Source: a virus. From it: a stretch of 64,000 nt of DNA. The stretch covers positions 6,498 to 70,497 of the IMG/VR virus record IMGVR_UViG_3300025010_000053, one strand, 5' to 3'. Shown here piece after piece: positions 38,242 through 49,053 of the stretch. Numbering within the stretch: position 1 is the first letter of the stretch; each line of letters starts with the position of its first letter. The notes below the pieces were generated by a model. It saw only the letters and a list, made by a program, of their open reading frames with translations. It had not been told where the DNA came from and ran no database searches. A program made the translations under genes and the position numbers.

Positions 38242-39270
38242 ATGGCAGTAGCAGAGCAGAGCGTAGCTTTATTTCAAAATATGCAGACAGAAATAGCGGC
38301 ACTCAGAAAACAGCATATAGCTTGTTTGGGTGACGGTGAAGTTTTTATTAAGAGAAATCAGAACGGAACGTTAAGGTCAGTCAAGGGTACGGTTACCCTT
38401 GACGAGACTAACGGAGACATTGCTGTAATCAAGGGTAAGGCCATGGTCACTGGAAAAGGCTTTTATCGTGCAAATCAAATAACCTCTCTTAGTATCATCA
38501 CACCTGACAAACTTACCTTACCAACAGGTCAGGTTGTAGTAAATCCTTATCCTATTATTGATGAAGAATCAGGGACTATCCGCAAAGTTTGGGCCAAGAA
38601 AATGGCCGTTGGCTACGGTCCTATAGGAAATTTGGTTATTACGACCGCCACCTTGCTATATGACATCAACATGTACTTCATTCAAGATTTACTTAAAAAA
38701 GTAACCGGTAGTGCCGGTGCCGGTCGGGTCTGCATGGAGAGCATGCTAACCGACAAAGAGAAACAAGTCGGCATGTTTTATAAGATTGACGGAGCATTAG
38801 GTATATGGGTTGACTTTGGTCACAAGGATATACTTAAGGCCATTGATACCTTTGTTAATAAAAAGCAATTTTGTGAGCGTAACGCTCAGACTATAGCCAC
38901 CAGGTTGGCGATGGGTCAACATCCGGCACTTTCACATATCACCTATGTTAACGCCGCCGGGAAAGAATATCATCGAACCGCAAAAGTTACTTTGGTAGGC
39001 TACGTTCACGATTTCACTCAGGATCAACTCTTAGATATGGCCGGGCAGGCTGAGGAAGGTAAAGAGATAGTAATCGGAGATCAAAAGGCCGAAGTTATCG
39101 ACGTTAAAGCCGAGGCATCTGCCGATGATATCAATACTGATGTGGACGACGAAGAGAACTTAAATAAAGCCGCGTCAGATGAACCGGAGGACGCAGGAAA
39201 TAACATGTTCAGCAACGGCAACGATAAGTTTGAGCAGGATCTGAACGCCTTAGGCGGTGATATGTTTTGA
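38242..39270 (+). CDS. Hypothetical protein, probable recombination-module partner (acidic tail)
   Basis: 342 aa, coupled to the SbcC-like ATPase; acidic C-terminal tail ending GGDMF. Confidence 0.6.
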   Translation: MAVAEQSVALFQNMQTEIAALRKQHIACLGDGEVFIKRNQNGTLRSVKGTVTLDETNGDIAVIKGKAMVTGKGFYRANQITSLSIITPDKLTLPTGQVVVNPYPIIDEESGTIRKVWAKKMAVGYGPIGNLVITTATLLYDINMYFIQDLLKKVTGSAGAGRVCMESMLTDKEKQVGMFYKIDGALGIWVDFGHKDILKAIDTFVNKKQFCERNAQTIATRLAMGQHPALSHITYVNAAGKEYHRTAKVTLVGYVHDFTQDQLLDMAGQAEEGKEIVIGDQKAEVIDVKAEASADDINTDVDDEENLNKAASDEPEDAGNNMFSNGNDKFEQDLNALGGDMF

Positions 39271-41426
39271 TTAACAAAATCGAAATAAAGAACGTCAAGG
39301 GACAGACCGGAGTGCAACCACTAACAGGCATGGACATATTTGTAGGCAGGAACGGTAGCGGAAAGACTACCAGAGTGCAGGCTGTTGGTGCCGCGATAAT
39401 GGGATACGTGCCTGGGAATGGCAAGCGGGCAGAAGATACGTTCAAGCTTTCAACCAACGGAGTAATGACGGTGGGGCTGCAGACAGACCATTTTAAATTC
39501 AGCAGAACCTTCACCAAAAAGGAAACCGAGGATGGCAAGACTGGTGCCAAAAAGGTCACTGTCAGCGAGTCAATTTTAGTATCACCTGGCAAGGGCGAGA
39601 AAAACGACACTGCAAAGAAAGCCCGTATTCTTGACGAGATTGGAAGCTTTCCGGTGATGTTGGATTTCTCAGAATTTCTTGGGTTGTCGGACGCCAAGCG
39701 CAGGGATTTCGTTTATTCTCTTAGTCCGATTACATCAAATACTTGGACCAGGGAAGATGTTGAAAAGTACATCACAGAACAGCTTTTAACATCTGAGATA
39801 GAGGCCAATAACCCTGATAGATATAACGCAAATAAAGAAATTATCGGGCTCGCTATGGCAGAGTATCCACAGGACGCTGACATACACGCAGGGCTACAGT
39901 CAATGCTGGATTGGACTTCTACTCAATCTTCCTATTGGAATAGCAAGCAGAAGGACGCTCAGGGAGCTGTCAGGCAGATTGCCGAAAAGAAAAACGAACT
40001 CGAGGAGACTGACCGGAATATTATTCAGGCCAAAACCGAACTTGAAGAACTGCAGCAACAACTTATCACAGTAGAAAAACAGATTTCCACAGGGATTGAG
40101 AAAAAGAAGGCTGTAGATAAGAGAACCTCAAAGATAGTCGAACTGCAGTCTACTATCAGCAAGTTAGAGGAAGCACCTGTTAGTGCTGATACTGCCTCCT
40201 TAGATACTCAGATAGTGGAACTGCAGGGGCAGATTACGCCTCCGGTGGATAACGAGGCTGAGACGGCAGAAATAAAGAAAAGGCTGTCTGAGATAAAGAA
40301 ACAGCTTAAAGCCTTAACCGCTCAGCGGATGGATACAAACAGTCAAATAACAGTCATTAAGACACAGATAAAAACAATTCAAGATGCAGTGGCTAAGACC
40401 GGTGAACTTACCGGGAAATGCACCCTACACCAACAGATTAGTTGCCCGAAGGATTGGACAGGCTTAGATAGTTTTGCAGAAAAGAAAAAGGCTGACGGTG
40501 AAAATAGGATTGCAGCTTTAACGGAGGAAGTTGAAGGGATTGATGGGCTGAACGCCCAAATAAAAACCCTGGAAACAGAATCTGAAGCACTGGAAGACAA
40601 GCGTGATTTAGCTGTACTGCAAGCACAAAAGGCTAATAACCTAAACGCTGATTTGCAGAATAAAATAACTACTCTAGAACGGAATAAAAATAAAGTCCTG
40701 TCCGAGGCTGAAAAGTATACAAATCAGCTTAACCTGCACAAAACAGAGTTAATTAGTCTGATGAACGAACCGGCAGAAAGCTTTGCACCTGTGGACATGC
40801 AGGAGAAGCAGGCTGAGGGTATTCGGTTGCAGATAGCAGGGTTAAATCAGTCCGTGGCTGAAAAAGAGAAAGCGCGGCAGACAATCCTTCTCCTGCAGCA
40901 GTCAATGATCGAAAATACTAAAGCTGAGTACATGAGCGCTGGGCTAAAATCGCTGAGTCAGGCATTAGGTCCTAAGGGTATACAGGGTGAGTTGGTCAAG
41001 GAAATTTTAGAGCCGATACGGTCAGATATAGGCGGTAACCTGCAGCTAATGGGATTTAACCAGACGCCGTTCTTCCAGACCGAGAGCGACACCGGCAAGG
41101 AAATATTCCAATTCGGATGGGTGAACGAGAAGGGCCATACAGTAAATTTCGATGCTCTGAGCATGGGCCAGCAGACAGTGTTTTTAGCGGCAATGATGGT
41201 CACCATCCTGGACCGAGCAAATCCGAAACTTAGGATCTTGGTGATGGACAATATCAATCACCTGGACAAAGAAAACTTTCACATGTTCACCGATGGCCTG
41301 AGGAAAGTAGCGCACAAACTGGATAACATCATTCTGGCAGGAGCAATTGGGTTTGAATTCGAGGCTGAAGGTTGGAAGGTTTGGGATCTGAGTGCCCCTG
41401 TGAGTGAGGTGGCTCAGAGTGCGTGA
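39267..41426 (+). CDS. SbcC/Rad50-like ABC ATPase with long coiled coil
   Basis: GRNGSGKT, coiled coil, LSMGQQ signature, Walker B LVMDN. Confidence 0.85.
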   Translation: MINKIEIKNVKGQTGVQPLTGMDIFVGRNGSGKTTRVQAVGAAIMGYVPGNGKRAEDTFKLSTNGVMTVGLQTDHFKFSRTFTKKETEDGKTGAKKVTVSESILVSPGKGEKNDTAKKARILDEIGSFPVMLDFSEFLGLSDAKRRDFVYSLSPITSNTWTREDVEKYITEQLLTSEIEANNPDRYNANKEIIGLAMAEYPQDADIHAGLQSMLDWTSTQSSYWNSKQKDAQGAVRQIAEKKNELEETDRNIIQAKTELEELQQQLITVEKQISTGIEKKKAVDKRTSKIVELQSTISKLEEAPVSADTASLDTQIVELQGQITPPVDNEAETAEIKKRLSEIKKQLKALTAQRMDTNSQITVIKTQIKTIQDAVAKTGELTGKCTLHQQISCPKDWTGLDSFAEKKKADGENRIAALTEEVEGIDGLNAQIKTLETESEALEDKRDLAVLQAQKANNLNADLQNKITTLERNKNKVLSEAEKYTNQLNLHKTELISLMNEPAESFAPVDMQEKQAEGIRLQIAGLNQSVAEKEKARQTILLLQQSMIENTKAEYMSAGLKSLSQALGPKGIQGELVKEILEPIRSDIGGNLQLMGFNQTPFFQTESDTGKEIFQFGWVNEKGHTVNFDALSMGQQTVFLAAMMVTILDRANPKLRILVMDNINHLDKENFHMFTDGLRKVAHKLDNIILAGAIGFEFEAEGWKVWDLSAPVSEVAQSA

Positions 41427-41728
41427 GATTATTATTGAGGGAATAACTTCTTTGGTGAAAGATTATCCTGCAAATAGTCATATGGTTGGAGTGGTTTCTG
41501 GAGCTTCTGAGTTAAGAAAAACGACAACAGCACCATTAAAGGTTAAGGATATTTCTGAATTAATTAAAGTTATGCTTAATAGTATGCCTTTGGGTTCAGC
41601 AGTGCGGATTCTGATTGAAGTGGAGTCGCCTAAAGAACAGATTGAGTCGAGGGCAATAGAAATGACAACACAACAAAAAAATCTCAATCTACTGAATAGA
41701 CTTATCAATGAGTCGGAGGAAAATGCAA

Positions 41729-43552
41729 ATGGAACTCCTTAACGGTTTAAACGACAATCAGCGCTCAGCAGTAATATCAAATGCCCCGGTTATTTTAACA
41801 TTAGCCGGGGCCGGTACCGGAAAGACACGGACACTGACGCACAGAGTCGCTCACTTAAACCAGGAATGCCGGGTAGGTACAGGGCAGATGCTTTGCTTAA
41901 CCTTTACGAGATTGGCGGGAAAGGGCATGAAGGAGCTAATCATTAAACTCATAGGTGAGGAGCAGGGTAAGAAGCTATTCAGTAATACTTTCCATGCTTT
42001 TTCGGTTTCAGTGTTACGTCGGTGGGGCCACAAGGTAGGCTTAGAACCTAACTTTACCATTTACGACCAAGAGGACAGGGAGAGCATTTTAAAAACCATT
42101 ATTGAGGAATTTGGTGGCAAAGTAACGCTTAAAAAATGCTTGGAGTGTTACGAGAGCGGAGAAATACCAATTAGGAAACATGAAATAGATAGAGTCCTTA
42201 AAGAGTACGGGTACAGGTTAAAACAGAATAACGCTGTAGACCTAGACAAACTCATAAGTATTGTAAATATTTTGTGGGCAGTGTATCCAGAAGCTCTAAA
42301 GGAATACCAGAATAACTACACTCATGTTTTCGTGGATGAGTTCCAGGACACCAGCGACGACCAGAAACAAATGATTAACTTGTTAGCACCTAAGAATTAT
42401 TTTGTAGTTGGAGATTATTTCCAGGCAATTTATGGCTGGCGCGGAGCCAGGGTTGACTACATACTTCGATTCCCGGAAGAATATCCGGGTTGTGAGGTTA
42501 TCAAGCTGGAAGATAATTATAGGTCTACCGGTGCGATTGTAGCAGCTGCCAATAGGCTCATATCCTTCAATGTAAATCAGACTGAGAAAAAACTGATAGC
42601 ACACAAAGAAGGGCCGGAAATTGATATTTTAGTAACTCAGTCAAGCGCACAAGAGGCACTGATTGTCGGCAAAAATATTGAGGAACTCATTTACAAAGGC
42701 ACCAGACCTCAGGACATTGCCATACTAGCCAGGACTAATCGGCAAATAGAGAACGCTGCATTTTACCTTTACGGTATGAAAATACCTACTCAAATAGTTT
42801 CTGGTAGTGATGATCCATTTAAGAAAAATGGTGTTCGCGGGATGCTGGAGTTTATGGAATTTATCAACAACAAAAAGGATAACTACACATTTAAAAAGTG
42901 CTTGGATTTCTCGCTAAGGAAATATAGTGAAATAGAACTGCAAGAGATTGAATTATTCGCTTTGGATAATGGTTGCAGTCTCCATGAAGCTACTTATACG
43001 TGTAGTGAAAATAGCTCAATCTATCCTTTTAAGAAGATTGTTGAAGATATAGAAATGGTAGTTGAGCAAGGACAATATATAAAAGCAAGTCAGTATTTCA
43101 AGAGTATCGACCTTGTGCTTGGAATAACTGAACTATATTCCAGTCATGGGCAGCAGAACAGGGTAGATGATATTAAAAAGGCCATAGCCACCATGGAGAA
43201 CTGGGAGCAGGGCAAGCGGAATCTTGGAGAGAGTGATAGCGTTCAAAGCTTCCTGAAGTTTCTGAAATACCGCGATATTCAGGAGAAGCTCATCGAGGAA
43301 AAGCCTGCTGTGAAGCTGATGACCATTCACGCAAGTAAGGGCTTGGAATTCGACACAGTCTTTATCCTTGGTCTTATACAGGGAGTTTTCCCATCCAAAA
43401 GCAACAAGGATGAGGAAGAGGAAAGAAGATTGTGCTATGTAGCACTGACGCGGGCAAGGGAACGCTTAATACTATGCCGATCACTGACTTATTCAGACTA
43501 CAGGGGAAATCCTGTTCCAGGGGAGCCAAGTCAGTATTTTAGTGAGATATAA
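41729..43552 (+). CDS. UvrD/PcrA-family helicase
   Basis: AGAGTGKT, VDEFQDT, GDYFQAIYGWRGA, NYRS, MTIHASKGLEF, YVALTRA. Confidence 0.93.
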   Translation: MELLNGLNDNQRSAVISNAPVILTLAGAGTGKTRTLTHRVAHLNQECRVGTGQMLCLTFTRLAGKGMKELIIKLIGEEQGKKLFSNTFHAFSVSVLRRWGHKVGLEPNFTIYDQEDRESILKTIIEEFGGKVTLKKCLECYESGEIPIRKHEIDRVLKEYGYRLKQNNAVDLDKLISIVNILWAVYPEALKEYQNNYTHVFVDEFQDTSDDQKQMINLLAPKNYFVVGDYFQAIYGWRGARVDYILRFPEEYPGCEVIKLEDNYRSTGAIVAAANRLISFNVNQTEKKLIAHKEGPEIDILVTQSSAQEALIVGKNIEELIYKGTRPQDIAILARTNRQIENAAFYLYGMKIPTQIVSGSDDPFKKNGVRGMLEFMEFINNKKDNYTFKKCLDFSLRKYSEIELQEIELFALDNGCSLHEATYTCSENSSIYPFKKIVEDIEMVVEQGQYIKASQYFKSIDLVLGITELYSSHGQQNRVDDIKKAIATMENWEQGKRNLGESDSVQSFLKFLKYRDIQEKLIEEKPAVKLMTIHASKGLEFDTVFILGLIQGVFPSKSNKDEEEERRLCYVALTRARERLILCRSLTYSDYRGNPVPGEPSQYFSEI

Positions 43553-44039
43553 AAAAAACTGGGAGGTAATGAGTAATGAAGACGACTAAATGTGCTGACT
43601 GCAAAACTGCAGATGCTAAGTTTTCGATTGACAGAGGAATAGCCAGTGTTGCGTTATGTTTGGATTGCGCTAATAGGGAGTTAAGAAAGCAAGGTCGGGA
43701 AGAAATAAGACCTACTAAAAAATAAAGACGGGAGCCGTCAACTCCCGCCGCTTAAATAAACATACTGAATAATTATACACATACTTTGTGCAATATGCAA
43801 GGGAGGCAGTGTAATGGAAAATCCATACGATCAGGGGTTTAAGTCTGGGTTTTTGGGTAGGAAAAGACTGCCTCCCAAAGGCCAGCACGAAAGACAGATT
43901 TACCTTGTGGGTTATCGCGACGGGGCTAAATCTGCTAGGCAAAAGCCGGTACTTGCCCGATGGGTACTAAGCGTAGCGGAGAGTAAAGCAATTGGATAAA
44001 TTTTTTTAATCTCCTGCATTGGAACAATATTCCTATATT

Positions 44040-44513
44040 CTAAATATGAGTTTTATAAATCCGGTTACCAAAAAGACCTTCTGAGATTTGGGTTAATATC
44101 AGCAACATTGCAAAAGACAAAATGTAATCATAAAACACGCTATATTGCCCAATAAAAGACATATTGCCAACAGCAATAGCAATGTATGCAGCAATTTCTG
44201 ACACTGCTGAAAAGAATATCAGTAGCGGTATCTTTTTACTAAAATCCTGTTTCATGTAATTCATAATAATGATTCCAGCAGCAGCACCCCAAATAGGGTT
44301 AAATAACGGAACGCTGGAAACTAAAATCCAACCTTTATTGAATTTAATAAGGTTTAATGAAATTAAAACTAACTGCACTGCAAATAGAAGGATTGCTGCA
44401 ATTATACCGATGGGTAACAGTTCTAATACTCGTTTAGGCTTTATTAAAGCAAATACCACAACCCATGTAAGAATAGTAAAGATTGGGTTTATCCATTTTG
44501 CTAAAAAATCCAA
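44040..44513 (-). CDS. Multi-pass membrane protein (moron, opposite strand)
   Basis: 157 aa with ~5 hydrophobic segments; AT-rich; RBS aggagg. Confidence 0.7.
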   Translation of the reverse strand: MDFLAKWINPIFTILTWVVVFALIKPKRVLELLPIGIIAAILLFAVQLVLISLNLIKFNKGWILVSSVPLFNPIWGAAAGIIIMNYMKQDFSKKIPLLIFFSAVSEIAAYIAIAVGNMSFIGQYSVFYDYILSFAMLLILTQISEGLFGNRIYKTHI

Positions 44514-45996
44514 ATTTATAGAGCCTCCTGCTTATTGTTAACTTGGTTTATTTATCTTTAGCTAATATTAGACGGTTTATACCTAACTGGAACAATATTT
44601 ATCTAGTTATTGGTATGTGAGGATGATGAATAAAATGCCTGAGCTAATAATTAGGGAAGAAGTTCGTTATTGGCGCTGGTTGTCTGCATCTTAACCAATA
44701 GAACGCCGGAAGAATCATTTCAACTTATAGCACCAGTGCGGAAGCCTAGGGGGAAGAATATCAGCCTAATGGACGATGTTATCGAGGAAATGGTGAGACT
44801 CAAGGAAACCATGTCATATGAAGCACTTGGAAAGCACTACGGAGTGTCGGTTAACACTGTTTACAGAAAGATTAAGAAATATCGGGAAAGGACGGTGGAA
44901 GCGGATGGAAGCACGGAAGGAAGTAAAAATAGATATACCTGCTGTTGAGGACTGGACTACTGCAGAACTTCGGAGGTGCTGCAAAAAAAGCAAGGTTAAG
45001 GGTTATTCAAAACTTAGCCGTGCCGAGTTGGTTGAAGCGGTTAAGGACAGTATTAAGCAGTTCAATAAGGATACCCATGATGAGCACAGGAAGACCGACG
45101 CCGCCAAGGAAAAGCTAAAAAAGGTTGTTAATGCGGTAAACAATATAATTATTGAAAACAACTGCACTATAGGCGCGGAGATTAAAAACGGTGAGATTAG
45201 AATAATTTTTACCGACCACGATTCGAATATGATTGCGCGACTGCCTGAAAAGCTGGAGTTGATAGTATGAGCGAAGAAAAACGCGTCTATCAATGTGAGT
45301 GTGAAATTTGCGGTGGTGCTGGAGAATTAAGCGGAGAATGTTCCGAGTGTGGAGTCAAGTCGTTAACTACCGATGAAGTAAATGCCTCTAGAGTTAGGAA
45401 TTTAACGGCTTTAGTGGCTTCCAAAAAACTAGTAATAGGTGCACTGAGAGTCAAAAATGGTTGGCTTAGTGCAGAAAATAAGAGTCTGCAGGCAGAGGTT
45501 GAGAGATTACGCAAACAACTTGAATTATGTACTGACATGCTGGTCAAGGAAGAGATTATTCCTTTCTAGGTCTGGAGGTTGAAAATTATGACAAAAAATC
45601 AACAAAAAGATGCTGATGAATGTAACCAAATGATGGATCAGGGAAGAACTAAGGAATGTTTTGGATGCAGTTGTAACGTGTGCTTACTTACGGTTAGTGA
45701 TAATGAGCAAAGGATCGAGGAAATGACTGCAGGCATCAAGGGTTATCACGAACAGGGTGCTGATGATCTAGGAACTATTAACCGATTACAGGCAGAGACT
45801 AAGAAGCTAAAAGACATCATCAAAGACCTCCTGGAACTGGGATTAACTCCTCACAAACAGAAAGATATTGATTATCACAAAGAGGCTAGATGTTCAGAAT
45901 GTGACGGGGAATGTACGCAGAGCAACGATTTATGCAGCATCCCCGATGAAATGCTTAAGTTCAACGAATTAATAAAAGTAGCCAGGGATGCCATAA

Positions 45997-46563
45997 GTGG
46001 ATAAGTCGGCTATTCGTAGGTTTGCAGGTTCCTCCAATCGGAGAGAGCGGAGGAAGGCTAAAAGGCTTATCGCTAAGAAACTGAAAACCGGTGGACTTTT
46101 TAGAACAGGAACTGGCAAGCTGCACGAGGTACAGCAAAAGACAGCAAGCCATGTTTATATATATTCCAGCGATAAGGGTACTACAGTTAAGATACCACTT
46201 TTAAACATCAAGCTAATGGTTGCTTATTTCAACAGGGTCAGGATAGCTGAGCGCAAAGAGCTAGAAGCTTTCCACTCATACAACAGCATCATGTTCGGAC
46301 TGCTTCATCAGTTATTTGATAACGAATCAAAGATTAGTCTCATCGGAAAAGTCATGAGACTAATAAAAATAGGGGTTCGGATATTCCTGGCCGGTGGCGA
46401 AAGATGCCCTAAGGATCTAGAAATGGCTTCAATGGCTGGTGCTAAATACGTTTTATTTTCTTACTATTACCTCAGAGACAGGCAAGCTATAAGGAGAAAG
46501 TCAAGCAACTTCTCCTTACTGCTGAAAGGCAAGGTGTTGTTTTGGAACCAACGGAAGATTTAA
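45997..46563 (+). CDS. Hypothetical protein, possibly truncated within a TGT-like domain
   Basis: RIFLAGG...AGAKYVLFSYYYL near the end. Confidence 0.45.
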   Translation: MDKSAIRRFAGSSNRRERRKAKRLIAKKLKTGGLFRTGTGKLHEVQQKTASHVYIYSSDKGTTVKIPLLNIKLMVAYFNRVRIAERKELEAFHSYNSIMFGLLHQLFDNESKISLIGKVMRLIKIGVRIFLAGGERCPKDLEMASMAGAKYVLFSYYYLRDRQAIRRKSSNFSLLLKGKVLFWNQRKI

Positions 46564-46759
46564 AAATGCTACCGGAGTAGCTCAGGAGGGATAAAAATTG
46601 AAGTGCCCTCACTGTTTAACTGAGCAGTATGTGCTTTTCGTTGTTAAGAAAGACAAGCGACTATTAACAATAGAGTGCAATAAATGCGAAAAGCGTTTTA
46701 CTGTGTATACGCATAAAACAGCATAAAGATTTTCGGTAGCTAGTAAAAGAGGTGGCAAA

Positions 46760-47704
46760 ATGCAAGTTGGCCTTTTAGATATAGGCGGTAAAATCCCAAA
46801 CTTGGCGCTGATGAAAATATCAGCCTACCATAAGCAACTTGGCGACACGGTAAGGATTAATGCAGGTGGCGAGGTAACTTATGTTAGCTGTATCTTCTCG
46901 AAGCACAGTCACATAGCAGAACGGGCTCAGGAAATGTATAAGAACGTTGTGGTGGGTGGTCCTGGTTGGGATACGGAAACCATATTGCCTGCCGAAATAG
47001 AAAAGCTTAAACCGGATTATTCACTTTACGGCATTAATTATGGGCTTGGCAGGTTAACAGCAGGTTGCCCGTCAGATTGTGAGTATTGTGTAGTACCAAG
47101 GACAGAAGGACGGATAGTCAGGACAGTGAACAGTATCAGAGATTTAGCTAATCCGTTGGGTGACATGGTGGTGCTGCTGGACGCAAATATTTTAGCCGGG
47201 TCCGATTGGACGGATCACTTTAGGGATATTGAGCAGTGGGGCGGTTGGGTGGATTTCACTCAGGGTTTAGATATTAGGAACGTTACTGATTTGGCAGCTG
47301 CTAAAATAGCAAAGCTGAAAACATGCTCATACAAGGCATGGCTTAAGGCAAAGCAGGATGGTACGCGCCTCAGAAAAGGGCAAATCCATTTTGCTTGGGA
47401 CAAGATGGAGAACGAAACACAGGTTAGGGAAGGCATTAAATTATTATCGAAGTACATGTCCCTTGACCGACTGACATTTTACATGCTTTGTGGTTACAAT
47501 ACGACCTTTGAGCAGGATATGTACAGGTTTGAGGTACTACGAAGCCTCAAAGTAAAACCTTTTGTGATGCTGTACGAAGGAGCGTCACAAGAACTCAGGC
47601 ATTTTGCATGTTGGGTAGATAGATACTATTATACAGCGTGTAGTTGGGACGAATTTAAGCGGCGTGATAAGGGACAGCAGAGTTTATTTGAGGGAGTGAT
47701 TTGA
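46760..47704 (+). CDS. Radical SAM protein
   Basis: GCPSDCEYC CxxxCxxC; IPNLALMKISAYHK...GGPG N-terminal domain. Confidence 0.85.
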   Translation: MQVGLLDIGGKIPNLALMKISAYHKQLGDTVRINAGGEVTYVSCIFSKHSHIAERAQEMYKNVVVGGPGWDTETILPAEIEKLKPDYSLYGINYGLGRLTAGCPSDCEYCVVPRTEGRIVRTVNSIRDLANPLGDMVVLLDANILAGSDWTDHFRDIEQWGGWVDFTQGLDIRNVTDLAAAKIAKLKTCSYKAWLKAKQDGTRLRKGQIHFAWDKMENETQVREGIKLLSKYMSLDRLTFYMLCGYNTTFEQDMYRFEVLRSLKVKPFVMLYEGASQELRHFACWVDRYYYTACSWDEFKRRDKGQQSLFEGVI

Positions 47705-47913
47705 TGTCTCGAAATAATATAAATAATAAAAGACCGATTGGAACTCAAAAACCAACCGAGACCAAACAGCAAACTGATTGTATAGATTGCGCTTTTGGAT
47801 ACTACGGTGAACGTTCTTGTGTAAGCGGTCGCAACGTCAGGCGGAGAGGTGTTGGTTTGTGTGCTGACGGAAGAAGTATTAGACCACCCAAAAACCGCAA
47901 GAAGGTGATTTAG

Positions 47914-48459
47914 GTGGCACATATAGAGTTTCAAAACGCTTACGAGGTAGAACATATTGCGCGAAAGTGCATAGCTACACATCATAAACACCTGGTGGAG
48001 GCTAATATCAGATACCTTTTCAGGGATGGTCCATGGAGTAGCAAAGACAGAACCACTTGGGGACGTGCTATTAAGGTGACTGCGCGAGAAAGGCACCTGA
48101 CCGGAAATGACTTTTGTATAGTGATAAATACTAAGGTGTGGAAGGCGATCGAATATCACCAACAAGTTGCACTCGTAGACCATGAATTAAGTCATTGTGG
48201 CCGAAAGGCGGACGATGACGATGACGGCAACCCGGTGTGGTATGAAGTTTCACATAGCATCGAAGATTTTGTGGGGGTTATAAAAAGGCATGGCTTATGG
48301 TCGGAAGATGTGCAGAGAATTGCGCGGGCGATAGAACAACATCAACTACCCTCACTACTGGATCATGGGTTAGAGGATGATGAAACGGAGCGGGAGGAGG
48401 TTGACGATAATGAACTGCCGCTTACAGGTCTTAACTTATCGGAAAGCCTCCCGAACTAG
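47914..48459 (+). CDS. Putative phage metallopeptidase
   Basis: ALVDHELSHC; HSIEDF. Confidence 0.75.
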   Translation: MAHIEFQNAYEVEHIARKCIATHHKHLVEANIRYLFRDGPWSSKDRTTWGRAIKVTARERHLTGNDFCIVINTKVWKAIEYHQQVALVDHELSHCGRKADDDDDGNPVWYEVSHSIEDFVGVIKRHGLWSEDVQRIARAIEQHQLPSLLDHGLEDDETEREEVDDNELPLTGLNLSESLPN

Positions 48460-48606
48460 GCAGTTAGTTGTTAAGGTTGAACGAATGGTTACTGTGGTGC
48501 AGGAGTGGCTGGAGGGTGAGGAAAAGCTGCCCTCCAAGGTCGCTGGATATGTGGTTGTAGCGGTGGCGTTTTTGTACCTGATTGGTCAGGTGGTGAGGTG
48601 TTTCTT

Positions 48607-49053
48607 ATGAAAGCGATAACGCTTTGGGGACCATGGGCACATTTAATCACGCTCGACCTTAAGCACTATGAGACACGAAGTTGGGGAACTAAGTATAGGG
48701 GATTACTGGCTATTCACGCTAGTAAGAAAATTGTCCCGCTTAACGATTCTCTTAGGGCCTTGACTTTAAATCAAAGACGTTATGTAAATGACAAGATATG
48801 CCTTAAGTACAGTGACTACCGCAGTATGCCTGCTGGTGCTGTTATTGCAATCTGCAGCTTAGTTGATTGTGTAGAAATAACCGCAAGTTTTATTTCAAAG
48901 CTAAACTGGCTAGAAAAAGCATGTGGTGATTATACGCTAGGTAGATTCGCTTGGGTGCTGGAGGATGTCAGGGCAATTTCGGAGCCTATACCGATACGTG
49001 GCAAACAGAAGCTTTGGGAGTGGGAAGTGCCGGAGGGAGTGAAGGTTTCGTGA
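48607..49053 (+). CDS. ASCH-domain protein
   Basis: MKAITLWGPWA.LI...KHYETRSW...YRG.LAIHA. Confidence 0.85.
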   Translation: MKAITLWGPWAHLITLDLKHYETRSWGTKYRGLLAIHASKKIVPLNDSLRALTLNQRRYVNDKICLKYSDYRSMPAGAVIAICSLVDCVEITASFISKLNWLEKACGDYTLGRFAWVLEDVRAISEPIPIRGKQKLWEWEVPEGVKVS

